This document shows positions 56,452 to 64,000 of a DNA stretch of 64,000 bases, one piece after another; within the stretch, counting starts at the first letter, position 1, and each line of letters starts with the position of its first letter. The stretch is from an uncultured Bacteroidales bacterium. GTDB taxonomy: Bacteria > Bacteroidota > Bacteroidia > Bacteroidales > Paludibacteraceae. The notes beneath the pieces are model-generated. The model was not told the DNA's origin, searched no databases, and saw nothing but the letters and a program-made list of their open reading frames with translations. Both the position numbers and the translations under genes were made by a program. Location: positions 3,135 to 67,134 of the forward strand of contig CALATT010000051.1 of NCBI GenBank assembly GCA_937891905.1, written 5' to 3'.

Positions 56452-56990
56452 CGCATTTCTTTGATCACTCTCGCAGGATTGCCTGCCACCACTGCATAAT
56501 CGGGCACATCGTGTGTCACAATCGCACCCGCAGCCACTACCGCCTCTTTGCCGATACGAGTACAACTGGGTAAGATAGTCACATTACTGCCTATATAGGC
56601 CTTTTGCTCTATCACCAAGGTGGTCTGTTCGGTAGGATTAACTCCCGTGCGGCGCAACTCGCTTATATCATGCTTATGCGTAATAATATGCGTGCCTTGC
56701 AAAATCCACACTTCGTCCTCAATAGTCAGATGCCCTGTATAATCAAGCAGCACATCGTGACTGATAAAGACATTCTTACCTATCGAGATACTACCCGTCA
56801 CTTGCCTATGCTCCCTATCGATATGCACATTATGCCCCACATGTAATCCCTTACCTGCCTTGAAAAGGCGGCGGTACTTACTATCACGCCACTGCAATCC
56901 AATAGGCAAGTCAAACCAATTACTCATTACCAAGCGCTGACCCACCATGCGGTGTAATTGCTCTAAATTATAACGAACTTGTGCATTCAT
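56448..56990 (-). CDS. Left-handed beta-helix (hexapeptide-repeat) acyl/acetyltransferase
   Basis: The hexapeptide repeats and C-terminus read AYIGSNVTILPSCTRIGKEAVVAAGAIVTHDVPDYAVVAGNPARVIKE. Confidence 0.8.
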   Translation of the reverse strand: MNAQVRYNLEQLHRMVGQRLVMSNWFDLPIGLQWRDSKYRRLFKAGKGLHVGHNVHIDREHRQVTGSISIGKNVFISHDVLLDYTGHLTIEDEVWILQGTHIITHKHDISELRRTGVNPTEQTTLVIEQKAYIGSNVTILPSCTRIGKEAVVAAGAIVTHDVPDYAVVAGNPARVIKEMR

Positions 56991-56992
56991 AT

Positions 56993-57922
56993 TTATACGA
57001 TTTCATCGATCATAAACTTAGGACGCTGTTTGGTTTCCAAGAAAATACGACCTATATACTCACCCAATACACCCAAGAAAGCAAAATTAAGACCGAATAA
57101 GAAGAGCATGAGAACCATCATACTCGTCCATCCTGCCACCACATTACCCACCAACTTATATATAATCAGCGCCAATGCAGCCATCATACTTCCCACACAT
57201 AGTAATGCACCCAGATAGGTTACAATACGGATAGGGAACATAGAGAAAGAGAAAATACGAGCGAAAGTGAGGGCTAACATCTTACTCAGATTATATCCAC
57301 TCTTACCTGCAAAACGCGCATCACGCTTGAGCGGTACTGCTACATAACGGCTACCGATATAATAGAGCAAACTAACCGTCGTAGCTGTTTTCTCTGGGAA
57401 ATTACGCAGTTCCTCCACTACACTCTTTTTCATCACACGGAAGATACCCAAACGCGGCATGGTATGTATCTCCGTAATGGAATTACTTACTCTCTGGAAA
57501 AGACGAGAAACAGCCAACTTAAATCGGCTATCCTTACGCTCCTCCCATTGGGCTATCGCCATTGTGGCCTTTTCATCTGCCAACAACGCGTCTATCAACA
57601 CAGGTATATCCTCAGGCCTATCTTGCAAATCTGAATCCATCAGTACAATCAGTTCTTTGCTCGTTAACGACAAACCCGCAGCGATAGCACTCTGCTGACC
57701 GAAATTGCGACTCAAACGCACCGCCTTGATAGATGCGTTCGCTTGACGAACAGCCAACATCTGCAACCATGAGTCATCACGACTACCATCGTCCACCAAG
57801 ATAATCTCGTAATCAGCCGTGATAGACTCTAATACAGGACTGAGACGCTTAATCAACTCGTGAATAACTTCACTGTCATTATAAATCGGCACTACCACCG
57901 AGATAGATTGTTTGTATATCAT
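56993..57922 (-). CDS. GT2 polyprenyl-phosphate glycosyltransferase (GtrB/ArnC/DPM1-like)
   Basis: Motifs are ISVVVPIYND, ILVDDGSRDDS, LSRNFGQQSA and MDSDLQDRPEDI. There are two C-terminal TM helices followed by GEYIGRIFLETKQRPKF. Confidence 0.85.
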   Translation of the reverse strand: MIYKQSISVVVPIYNDSEVIHELIKRLSPVLESITADYEIILVDDGSRDDSWLQMLAVRQANASIKAVRLSRNFGQQSAIAAGLSLTSKELIVLMDSDLQDRPEDIPVLIDALLADEKATMAIAQWEERKDSRFKLAVSRLFQRVSNSITEIHTMPRLGIFRVMKKSVVEELRNFPEKTATTVSLLYYIGSRYVAVPLKRDARFAGKSGYNLSKMLALTFARIFSFSMFPIRIVTYLGALLCVGSMMAALALIIYKLVGNVVAGWTSMMVLMLFLFGLNFAFLGVLGEYIGRIFLETKQRPKFMIDEIV

Positions 57923-57932
57923 ATTTTTTCTA

Positions 57933-60230
57933 TTAGTCGAATGTTACAAATGGGAACGATTGAATATCCTCTTCATACACCCGCAGCAAGTCACTCATCG
58001 TCTCGCCACGCATCACCAAGTGACCAATACGATCATAGGCTGTACGGAAAGCATGCACTTCCTCGCCTATCTGCGGATAAATATCGCACGCCACCACCTC
58101 CTTACATGACGGTATTTGGCGTCCTTTCACCACACCTGTCTGCGTAGAGAAAGGAGTAAACACCAACGCAGGATAAAGAGCTTGTACAGGTATCTCTGGC
58201 AGCGATAATCCACACGCGCCGCAGAGTATGTATTCGTAGTAATTGATTCCAAAACACTCGCTCACCAATTCAGGCAAACATGTAGCACCCGCGCGCGCAC
58301 CAATCTCCAGCACATACACCTTATCATCACTCAGGATAAAATCCGCATTGATAGCACAGTTATCTATTTGCAAAGCGGCTATACATTTGCGCAACTGTTC
58401 CTCCACATCTGCCTGCAACGATTGTTCCGATGAATAGGGCGCAAAATGCCCCACAGGAATACCACTTGCACCGCGATAAATAAGATCCCCGTGTAGCATC
58501 ACAAACTGCAACTCACCATTGCGCACATATGCCTGCGCACCAAATTCCTCTCCATCCACAAACTGCTCCAGAACCATACTACTCGCATGCGTGTACGACT
58601 GTACCTCCGCATAAGCTGCTCGAAGGGTCGTCTCATCTCGACACACCACTACCCCTTTGCTACCACTACCATCCACAATCTTCAGCACCACAGGATAACC
58701 CAATTCGGTTGCTGCCATTAGCATAGATTCCTCAGAAAAAACTTCCCTATAGGCAGCCGTGCGCACGCCCTCACGCGCAAAGGCGTTTTTCATCAGCAAT
58801 TTATTGCTCGACACTACAGAAGACTCGTAACTGGGGCCCAACAAACCCAACGCGTCCACCACCTTACCTATCGTAGGCAAGATAAAATCCGACCCACAAC
58901 CTACTATCGCGTCTATCTCTTCTTCCTTCGCTATGCCAATCACCGCCTCAGCGTCCATAATATCCACATCATACCATTGCGAGGCCAACGCATAACCAGG
59001 GTAATCACCAGGATAACCCAACACCACCACTCTACAACCCATCTCTCGTGCCGTTTGTATGAGCGGATATTGATAGCGACCACCACCCAACACCATAACC
59101 GTCTTACCACGAAGTGTCTCAAATCGTCCGTTGGAATCGCAATAAATGAAATATCCACTCCTATCGCCGCTACAAGTCAAAGCGCGTATCTCCGTATCCG
59201 TCTGCTCAGCACAAACAATACTCGCATATTGCGACGCATGCGTGATATATGACTGCACCTCTGGTGTCTCGGCACTCAAGAAATGAACACCACTATACGC
59301 ATTTTTCGTCTTCACAGGCACCACCTCCATACCAAGTGCCACTTCAATCACTCCTTGCACAAAATCATACCCCGTACTCAGACGAACCAAATCGCTACCA
59401 ATAAAATCACCACCCATTCGTCCGCCTATCTCCATCACCACCACACGACCCTCAGCGGTAATCTTATACTCCGCATGACTCGCACCATTAGTAAGCGCCA
59501 AAGCATCCAAGGCACGCATAGTGATCGCATAAATATCGTCTTGCTTCGCTGCTGGTAAGTTAGAAGGTTGGTGGTGAGCCAACTCCACAAAATGCGGAGC
59601 TCCGGTTGTCTCTTTATCAGTAATCTGCAGCGCGTAGTGCGTGCCCCTACACGATAACATCTCCACACTGATCTCGCGTCCCTCAATAAACTCCTCCACC
59701 ATTGCTTCGCCCTTAAAAGACACACGCACTGCCTCCTTAATAGCAGCTTCCAATTGTGCCTTATCCTCCACCTTACTCACCGCCAAACTGCCACTCCTAT
59801 CCGACGGCTTCACAATAAGCGGAAAAGACATATACTCCAGTGCTTTCTCGTCGTATTCATGCACACATACATAGCGAGGACAATCCACTCCCGCGCCACT
59901 GAGCGCTTGACGCATCAGATACTTATTATTAGCACCCAAAGCCGCAGCATAACTATTCCCCGCCAATCCCATCTGCTCTGCCACATACGCCACTGTAGGC
60001 GCCGCCACATCGCTCGCTATCGTACATATACCATCTATCTTCTCCTCGCGGCAGATAGCCAAAATAGTCTCTTTCTCCACAATAGAGATAGGATAGAATA
60101 CATCGCATAAATCGCGACACACTGCTCCTTCTTCCCACGCAAAGCAAAGCGTACGCAACCCCATATTGTGGGCGCGTTCTATCAAGGGTTTCTGCAAATA
60201 ACCGGCTCCTATAATGGCTAATGTCTTCAT
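57933..60230 (-). CDS. Fused tandem ATP-grasp ligase (two complete ATP-grasp modules, 765 aa)
   Basis: Module 1 contains AIIGAGYLQKPLIERAHNMG, PLIVKPSDRSGS, MVEEFIEGREISVE and VVVMEIGGRMGGD. Module 2 contains VMVLGGGRYQYPLIQTAREMG, PVVLKIVDGSGSKG, VLEQFVDGEEFGAQ and VYVLEIGARAGA. Confidence 0.75.
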   Translation of the reverse strand: MKTLAIIGAGYLQKPLIERAHNMGLRTLCFAWEEGAVCRDLCDVFYPISIVEKETILAICREEKIDGICTIASDVAAPTVAYVAEQMGLAGNSYAAALGANNKYLMRQALSGAGVDCPRYVCVHEYDEKALEYMSFPLIVKPSDRSGSLAVSKVEDKAQLEAAIKEAVRVSFKGEAMVEEFIEGREISVEMLSCRGTHYALQITDKETTGAPHFVELAHHQPSNLPAAKQDDIYAITMRALDALALTNGASHAEYKITAEGRVVVMEIGGRMGGDFIGSDLVRLSTGYDFVQGVIEVALGMEVVPVKTKNAYSGVHFLSAETPEVQSYITHASQYASIVCAEQTDTEIRALTCSGDRSGYFIYCDSNGRFETLRGKTVMVLGGGRYQYPLIQTAREMGCRVVVLGYPGDYPGYALASQWYDVDIMDAEAVIGIAKEEEIDAIVGCGSDFILPTIGKVVDALGLLGPSYESSVVSSNKLLMKNAFAREGVRTAAYREVFSEESMLMAATELGYPVVLKIVDGSGSKGVVVCRDETTLRAAYAEVQSYTHASSMVLEQFVDGEEFGAQAYVRNGELQFVMLHGDLIYRGASGIPVGHFAPYSSEQSLQADVEEQLRKCIAALQIDNCAINADFILSDDKVYVLEIGARAGATCLPELVSECFGINYYEYILCGACGLSLPEIPVQALYPALVFTPFSTQTGVVKGRQIPSCKEVVACDIYPQIGEEVHAFRTAYDRIGHLVMRGETMSDLLRVYEEDIQSFPFVTFD

Positions 60231-61819
60231 TCTACTTGAATCTGAATTAAAGCATAGTTACTATTATGACATATGGGACGAATCTTGGTTTTTACACCAT
60301 AATGCTTCTCTATCTGCTCACATATACGCGGTATGGCCGTACGAGGCTGGTGATACTCAACCGATGTAAATACATACATATCATCACGCAATAACACACG
60401 ATAGCTATCACCTACATGCCTATGCAGTGGACACCAAGTTAACCATCCTAAGGTATATTTTTTATATGGCAGTGCCCATATATTCCATGGATTAGCACCT
60501 TCCATTCGCATAGCAGAACCAAGCGTCATCACATATGCATCACTCGGCACATAACTCAGCACTGGTAACTGCTGTTCACGCCATACATACCTATTATGTT
60601 TAGCTATGATCACTTCGTTATGTATCTGCCATACATACCATCCACTCAAAACAACCATCACCACGCCTATTCCCCACCTACGCTTTAGTCCTGTTGTCTT
60701 AGGCAGTAACATAAAATCCGTCACCAAAAGGGGCAGTAACATACAGATAAACACCCTATATTTCAAGAATCCATCCATACTCACATGCACTATCAATGCC
60801 GCCACAAAGAGCGAATAAGCAATCAAGAAAATATATTTGGTCTTATTACCTGTCGTTAGAATCATCAGCACCAACAATGCCAATAAAATACTTATCTCCA
60901 CCGCGTATTTCTCCATACGATGCAGATTAGACAACTGCTCATCCAATGGCACCGCACCCACTATAGCACTGAGTTGCCGAATAGCCTTCAGATCTATTTG
61001 CTCTGGATCAGGTATAAAACGCAAGAGCAGTTGATAATCTATCCAATCCACTTCCTTTGGCAACTGATTAGGTTGCAGTTTATACGCATTCGGATTGTCA
61101 TTCAACTGCGCCCGCAATTGATTATACTCACGATAATAACGCCATTCACTATCACGCTCATATGCATAACGATTAACCGCACGACAACCTACAATCAGCA
61201 CTAACATCACCACGATAGGTATATATCTGCGCCAATTCAAACGCAATACATACACAATGATTGGCGCCATCAATAATCCCACTAATCCAGCAGCCATAAA
61301 TCGAATCAAAGCGGCTATCACTACCAGCAACACACCCAACCAGCGACTACTCGTTCGCTCGCGCATTAGCAACACACAACCCGCCAAGCACACAAAACCT
61401 GCGGTCGTCGTAAACTGCAAAGAAATCACTATACGGCTCCATAATACATATAGAACCAACAACCACAAACCCTTTTCCCAACGAGCACGATTAGGAGTAG
61501 TAAGAATACAATAGGATAAAAAACTCATGGAGAGTATATGCAGCACCATGAATGAAAGTGTGTACCATTCAATGCCACTCGTCCAACCATACAAAAGCGT
61601 CAGCACATACCCATAAAGCACATTGATATATACCAAGTGATAATCAGGCACTCCCGAATACGAACCATTCGCTATCATCGCCATCATGATATCATCGTTC
61701 TCCTCATAACGGATTGGCAACACCGCTGACAAAATTGCCACAAAAGCGATATTCGCCATCAGCACCAAGGCAAACAGCGCATAACGATTAGCTACTATTT
61801 TTTGTATCACTTGGTTCAT
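60227..61819 (-). CDS. Polytopic membrane protein with C-terminal soluble domain; second putative GT-C-like protein
   Basis: It is 530 aa long. An acidic motif, RYEENDDIMM, lies right after TM1. Many helices are followed by a ~130-aa soluble C-terminus. Size and layout match the 53003-54613 product. Its stop forms an ATGA overlap with the ATP-grasp gene. Confidence 0.4.
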   Translation of the reverse strand: MNQVIQKIVANRYALFALVLMANIAFVAILSAVLPIRYEENDDIMMAMIANGSYSGVPDYHLVYINVLYGYVLTLLYGWTSGIEWYTLSFMVLHILSMSFLSYCILTTPNRARWEKGLWLLVLYVLWSRIVISLQFTTTAGFVCLAGCVLLMRERTSSRWLGVLLVVIAALIRFMAAGLVGLLMAPIIVYVLRLNWRRYIPIVVMLVLIVGCRAVNRYAYERDSEWRYYREYNQLRAQLNDNPNAYKLQPNQLPKEVDWIDYQLLLRFIPDPEQIDLKAIRQLSAIVGAVPLDEQLSNLHRMEKYAVEISILLALLVLMILTTGNKTKYIFLIAYSLFVAALIVHVSMDGFLKYRVFICMLLPLLVTDFMLLPKTTGLKRRWGIGVVMVVLSGWYVWQIHNEVIIAKHNRYVWREQQLPVLSYVPSDAYVMTLGSAMRMEGANPWNIWALPYKKYTLGWLTWCPLHRHVGDSYRVLLRDDMYVFTSVEYHQPRTAIPRICEQIEKHYGVKTKIRPICHNSNYALIQIQVE

Positions 61820-61823
61820 TCTA

Positions 61824-62297
61824 TTACCAAATTGCTTGAATCAATATAACCATCATCCAGCCGCAGCAGATCAGTTTGAGCACCGTGCCACATAAAATAC
61901 CTATAAAACTACCCCAACCGGCACGCAAGGCTTCTTTCTGTCCCTTGCCACCTATCAACTCTCCCACTATTGCACCCACCAGCGGACCGACGATAATACC
62001 TATCGCGCCAAAGAACATACCCACAAATACACCTATCGTACTTCCCCATACGCCGTATTTCGTTCCGCCATAACGCTTCGTACCCCAAGCAGGAATCACA
62101 TAATCCAACACAGATACGAGTATTGTCACCACACCCCATATAACTAAGGTTTGCCACGAGAAGTCAATACGCTCCGTAGCTTGGGCAATCCACAAACCCG
62201 CATAAGCCACAGGAATACCTGGCAATCCTGGTAATATACTACCCAATATGCCGATTATCATACATATCCCTGCAATAACAAGTAATACTATTTCCAT
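61824..62297 (-). CDS. DUF456-family membrane protein
   Basis: The Gly-rich TM helices are GSILPGLPGIPVAYAGLW..., WGTKRYGGTKYGVWGS and GPLVGAIVGELIGG, typical of DUF456/YqgC-like proteins. Confidence 0.65.
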   Translation of the reverse strand: MEIVLLVIAGICMIIGILGSILPGLPGIPVAYAGLWIAQATERIDFSWQTLVIWGVVTILVSVLDYVIPAWGTKRYGGTKYGVWGSTIGVFVGMFFGAIGIIVGPLVGAIVGELIGGKGQKEALRAGWGSFIGILCGTVLKLICCGWMMVILIQAIW

Positions 62298-62303
62298 TTT
62301 TTA

Positions 62304-63299
62304 TTATATTTTTTTTCTCATCAACATAGCACCTAATCGGTACACCAACGGACAATGCGCGTACATATACCGCCCATACTCAACCATCTCGCCACCAAAC
62401 TCCGCCTTGAAATCACGCACACCATATTGCTCATCAGGACGACCCGCGCCCATCAAATCCAATTGTGCTATACCCATACGCTCAGCCAATTGTATCTCTG
62501 CGTACTTAGTGAGCGAAGCGGGAGAGATCACACGCCGCTGGTCATCACGACCACACGCATACCATTCATACATCACCCGACCTTCCCACAAGATACACAC
62601 CGAACCACCAATAATTCGCCCTTCATGCTCTATTAAGATGAAACGACACACATCTGAGACATACAAACGCTCCCATGTATCCCACGAAGGAAGTGGCTTA
62701 TGTATCCGACGCACATATAAGTCGCGCAGCACATCATAATACTCTCTTACTTGCACCAAGGTGGGTTGCTCCACCACCCGTACTCCTTTCTGCACCGACG
62801 AATCAATACGCCTACGCTTACTCTTACCTATCCGCGAAATAGCCGCCTGTGCATTGCTCGTATCAATCCGTATATTCAAATGCGGCATATACCGCCACCC
62901 ATCTTGCTCTACCACTCCGCGCCATGCACTATGGTCACACAGATTACGAATCTCCACATAAATAGTGTCACTCGTCTGCTCCTTAATAGCCGCCATCAAT
63001 CGGCGATAAGCCTCAGCACTAATATCATCACTCACCATCACTCCACCCATAATCACCGCACGGCGACTCAACCACTGCCCTATCTTAATTCGCGCTTGTG
63101 GACGCATGATGACAGCCACACCACATAGCATCTCTTCCTCAGCCACACCCACTACCTCCATACGATAATCAGGCAAAGAAGAGAGCAATCGATACGCCTC
63201 CTCTGTTTGCCACCAAGTAGCAGTAGAGGACTCACGCACCAACTGCGCCCATTGCCTCTTATCTATCTGCTCATATGTGCGTAGCACGCTTATTCCCAT
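62304..63299 (-). CDS. FemAB-like / GNAT-fold aminoacyl (peptidyl) transferase family protein
   Basis: The C-terminal pattern is VMYEWYACGRDD...LTKYAEIQLAERMGIAQLDLMGAG...YGVRDFKAEFGGEMVEYGRY, as in COG2348/FemAB-type enzymes. The ATG at 63299 (MGISVL) is preferred over 63428. Confidence 0.6.
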   Translation of the reverse strand: MGISVLRTYEQIDKRQWAQLVRESSTATWWQTEEAYRLLSSLPDYRMEVVGVAEEEMLCGVAVIMRPQARIKIGQWLSRRAVIMGGVMVSDDISAEAYRRLMAAIKEQTSDTIYVEIRNLCDHSAWRGVVEQDGWRYMPHLNIRIDTSNAQAAISRIGKSKRRRIDSSVQKGVRVVEQPTLVQVREYYDVLRDLYVRRIHKPLPSWDTWERLYVSDVCRFILIEHEGRIIGGSVCILWEGRVMYEWYACGRDDQRRVISPASLTKYAEIQLAERMGIAQLDLMGAGRPDEQYGVRDFKAEFGGEMVEYGRYMYAHCPLVYRLGAMLMRKKI

Positions 63300-64000
63300 C
63301 GCCTGTCTTTTGCTAATAACCGTCCCAAACCATGCAACCAAGTGGTTGCCACCATATGGCGCGCATAGGACGGACTGTACGAACGGATACGCTTCGCATT
63401 GCGCAGACGAAGGCGCATCGTATGCCACTTACGCAACCAGCGATTAGACACAACCTTCCCACCTTGACTTTTCTCCTCACCTAATCGACCCTCGAGCATA
63501 TCTACCAACAAAACCTCAGCACGCCGAGCACAACGATGGGTATAGAATGGCGCTTCCGCTTGCGGCAAACCCAAGTATTTCACCAAGATATACATATACA
63601 CTTGCCATACATCCATCAGCGCCAAACCACGCAAGTCGCGCTCTAACTGCTCACGGTCTATATCCGATGCACGGCGGTGAAGCAGCAACACTAAATCACA
63701 TAACTGACGAATAGACGCTCCTTGCGACAACACATGCTCCCACGAATGAAGCATCACCATCAATGCGTTAAAAGTCACTTCAGGCACACGAACCGTCAAT
63801 CCATCCACTTCTATCTCCTCCGCCTCACGCATTCCTATTGCCTCCATACAAGCATAACGGCGCACATCTGTCGGGTGTTGCAAACCCATCGAAACACGGT
63901 GTACCTCAATAGACACCCCATCAGCAATCAAGTTGTAATGCTTGTAATGATCCAACTCCTCATCAAAGCGAAGAGCGTTAGGAAAAGTAGCGCGCATCGC
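63290..64000 (-). CDS. NTP_transf_5-like (uncharacterised nucleotidyltransferase family) protein, N-terminus outside the window
   Basis: The frame stays open to the window edge. The helical C-terminal part (SIRQLCDLVLLLHR...DREQLERDL...) resembles the PF14907-type family. This is a weak motif-level call. Confidence 0.4.
   Translation of the reverse strand, partial: AMRATFPNALRFDEELDHYKHYNLIADGVSIEVHRVSMGLQHPTDVRRYACMEAIGMREAEEIEVDGLTVRVPEVTFNALMVMLHSWEHVLSQGASIRQLCDLVLLLHRRASDIDREQLERDLRGLALMDVWQVYMYILVKYLGLPQAEAPFYTHRCARRAEVLLVDMLEGRLGEEKSQGGKVVSNRWLRKWHTMRLRLRNAKRIRSYSPSYARHMVATTWLHGLGRLLAKDRRWE

Noticed and set aside
57933-60230. ATP-grasp genes as a graspetide/microviridin-type RiPP cluster.
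   Set aside because: There is no room for a precursor-peptide ORF, because the neighbouring genes abut or overlap. The modules look like the amino-acid-ligase type with Rossmann-like pre-domains, not the MdnB/C type. The surrounding context is glycan biosynthesis.
51946-64000. The plus strand here looks strikingly A/C-rich, and shadow ORFs translate to His/Thr/Pro-rich peptides. This suggested horizontally acquired DNA.
   Set aside because: The bias is what is expected when the coding (minus) strand is G/T-rich, as in membrane-protein and Gly/Val/Trp-rich genes. I cannot compute skew or k-mer statistics here. The signals are of the same style as elsewhere, and holA, a core gene, is part of the same block. 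A cumulative GC-skew and tetranucleotide analysis would settle the question.

Overview
The window is a 64-kb chromosomal segment from a Bacteroidota genome, probably Bacteroidales/Prevotellaceae-like. This is inferred from recurrent TAnnTTTG -7 promoter boxes, T9SS C-terminal sorting domains, a hybrid two-component (HTCS) regulator and SpII lipoprotein signals. It is densely coding, and I saw no rRNA, CRISPR, transposase or integrase. There are three main themes. (1) Pectin/galacturonate catabolism relies on secreted T9SS cargo rather than a SusC/D locus. It comprises a 4,044-aa multi-domain protein (PL1 pectate lyase, DUF4874/DUF4832-like TIM-barrel, many Ig-like, Listeria-Bacteroides-repeat and unassigned beta modules, T9SS CTD), apparently co-transcribed with a small sorting-signal-like protein and a GH88/GH105 hydrolase. 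A T9SS CE8 pectinesterase, uxaA/uxaB and an HTCS regulator lie elsewhere in the window. (2) Housekeeping genes: tRNA-Leu(TAA), nadB, ychF, udk, hpf, rfbA, glmM, surE, lpxB, an M16 peptidase, ftsH, rsfS, metK (with a riboswitch-like terminator leader), lspA and holA. (3) The last ~11 kb is one tightly packed minus-strand operon, which I rate as the best candidate for an undescribed system. It combines an Arn/Gtr-like polyprenyl-phosphate sugar pathway with a fused double ATP-grasp ligase, a FemAB-like transferase, DUF456 and an NTP_transf_5-like protein. The Arn/Gtr-like part consists of a WecE-like transaminase, an LbH acyltransferase, a GtrB/ArnC-like GT2, two small ArnE/F-like membrane proteins and two GT-C-like membrane proteins. 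The predicted function is periplasmic decoration of an envelope glycan with an amino-acylated 4-amino-6-deoxyhexose. All functional calls rest on reading the supplied translations for motifs; no database search was run.
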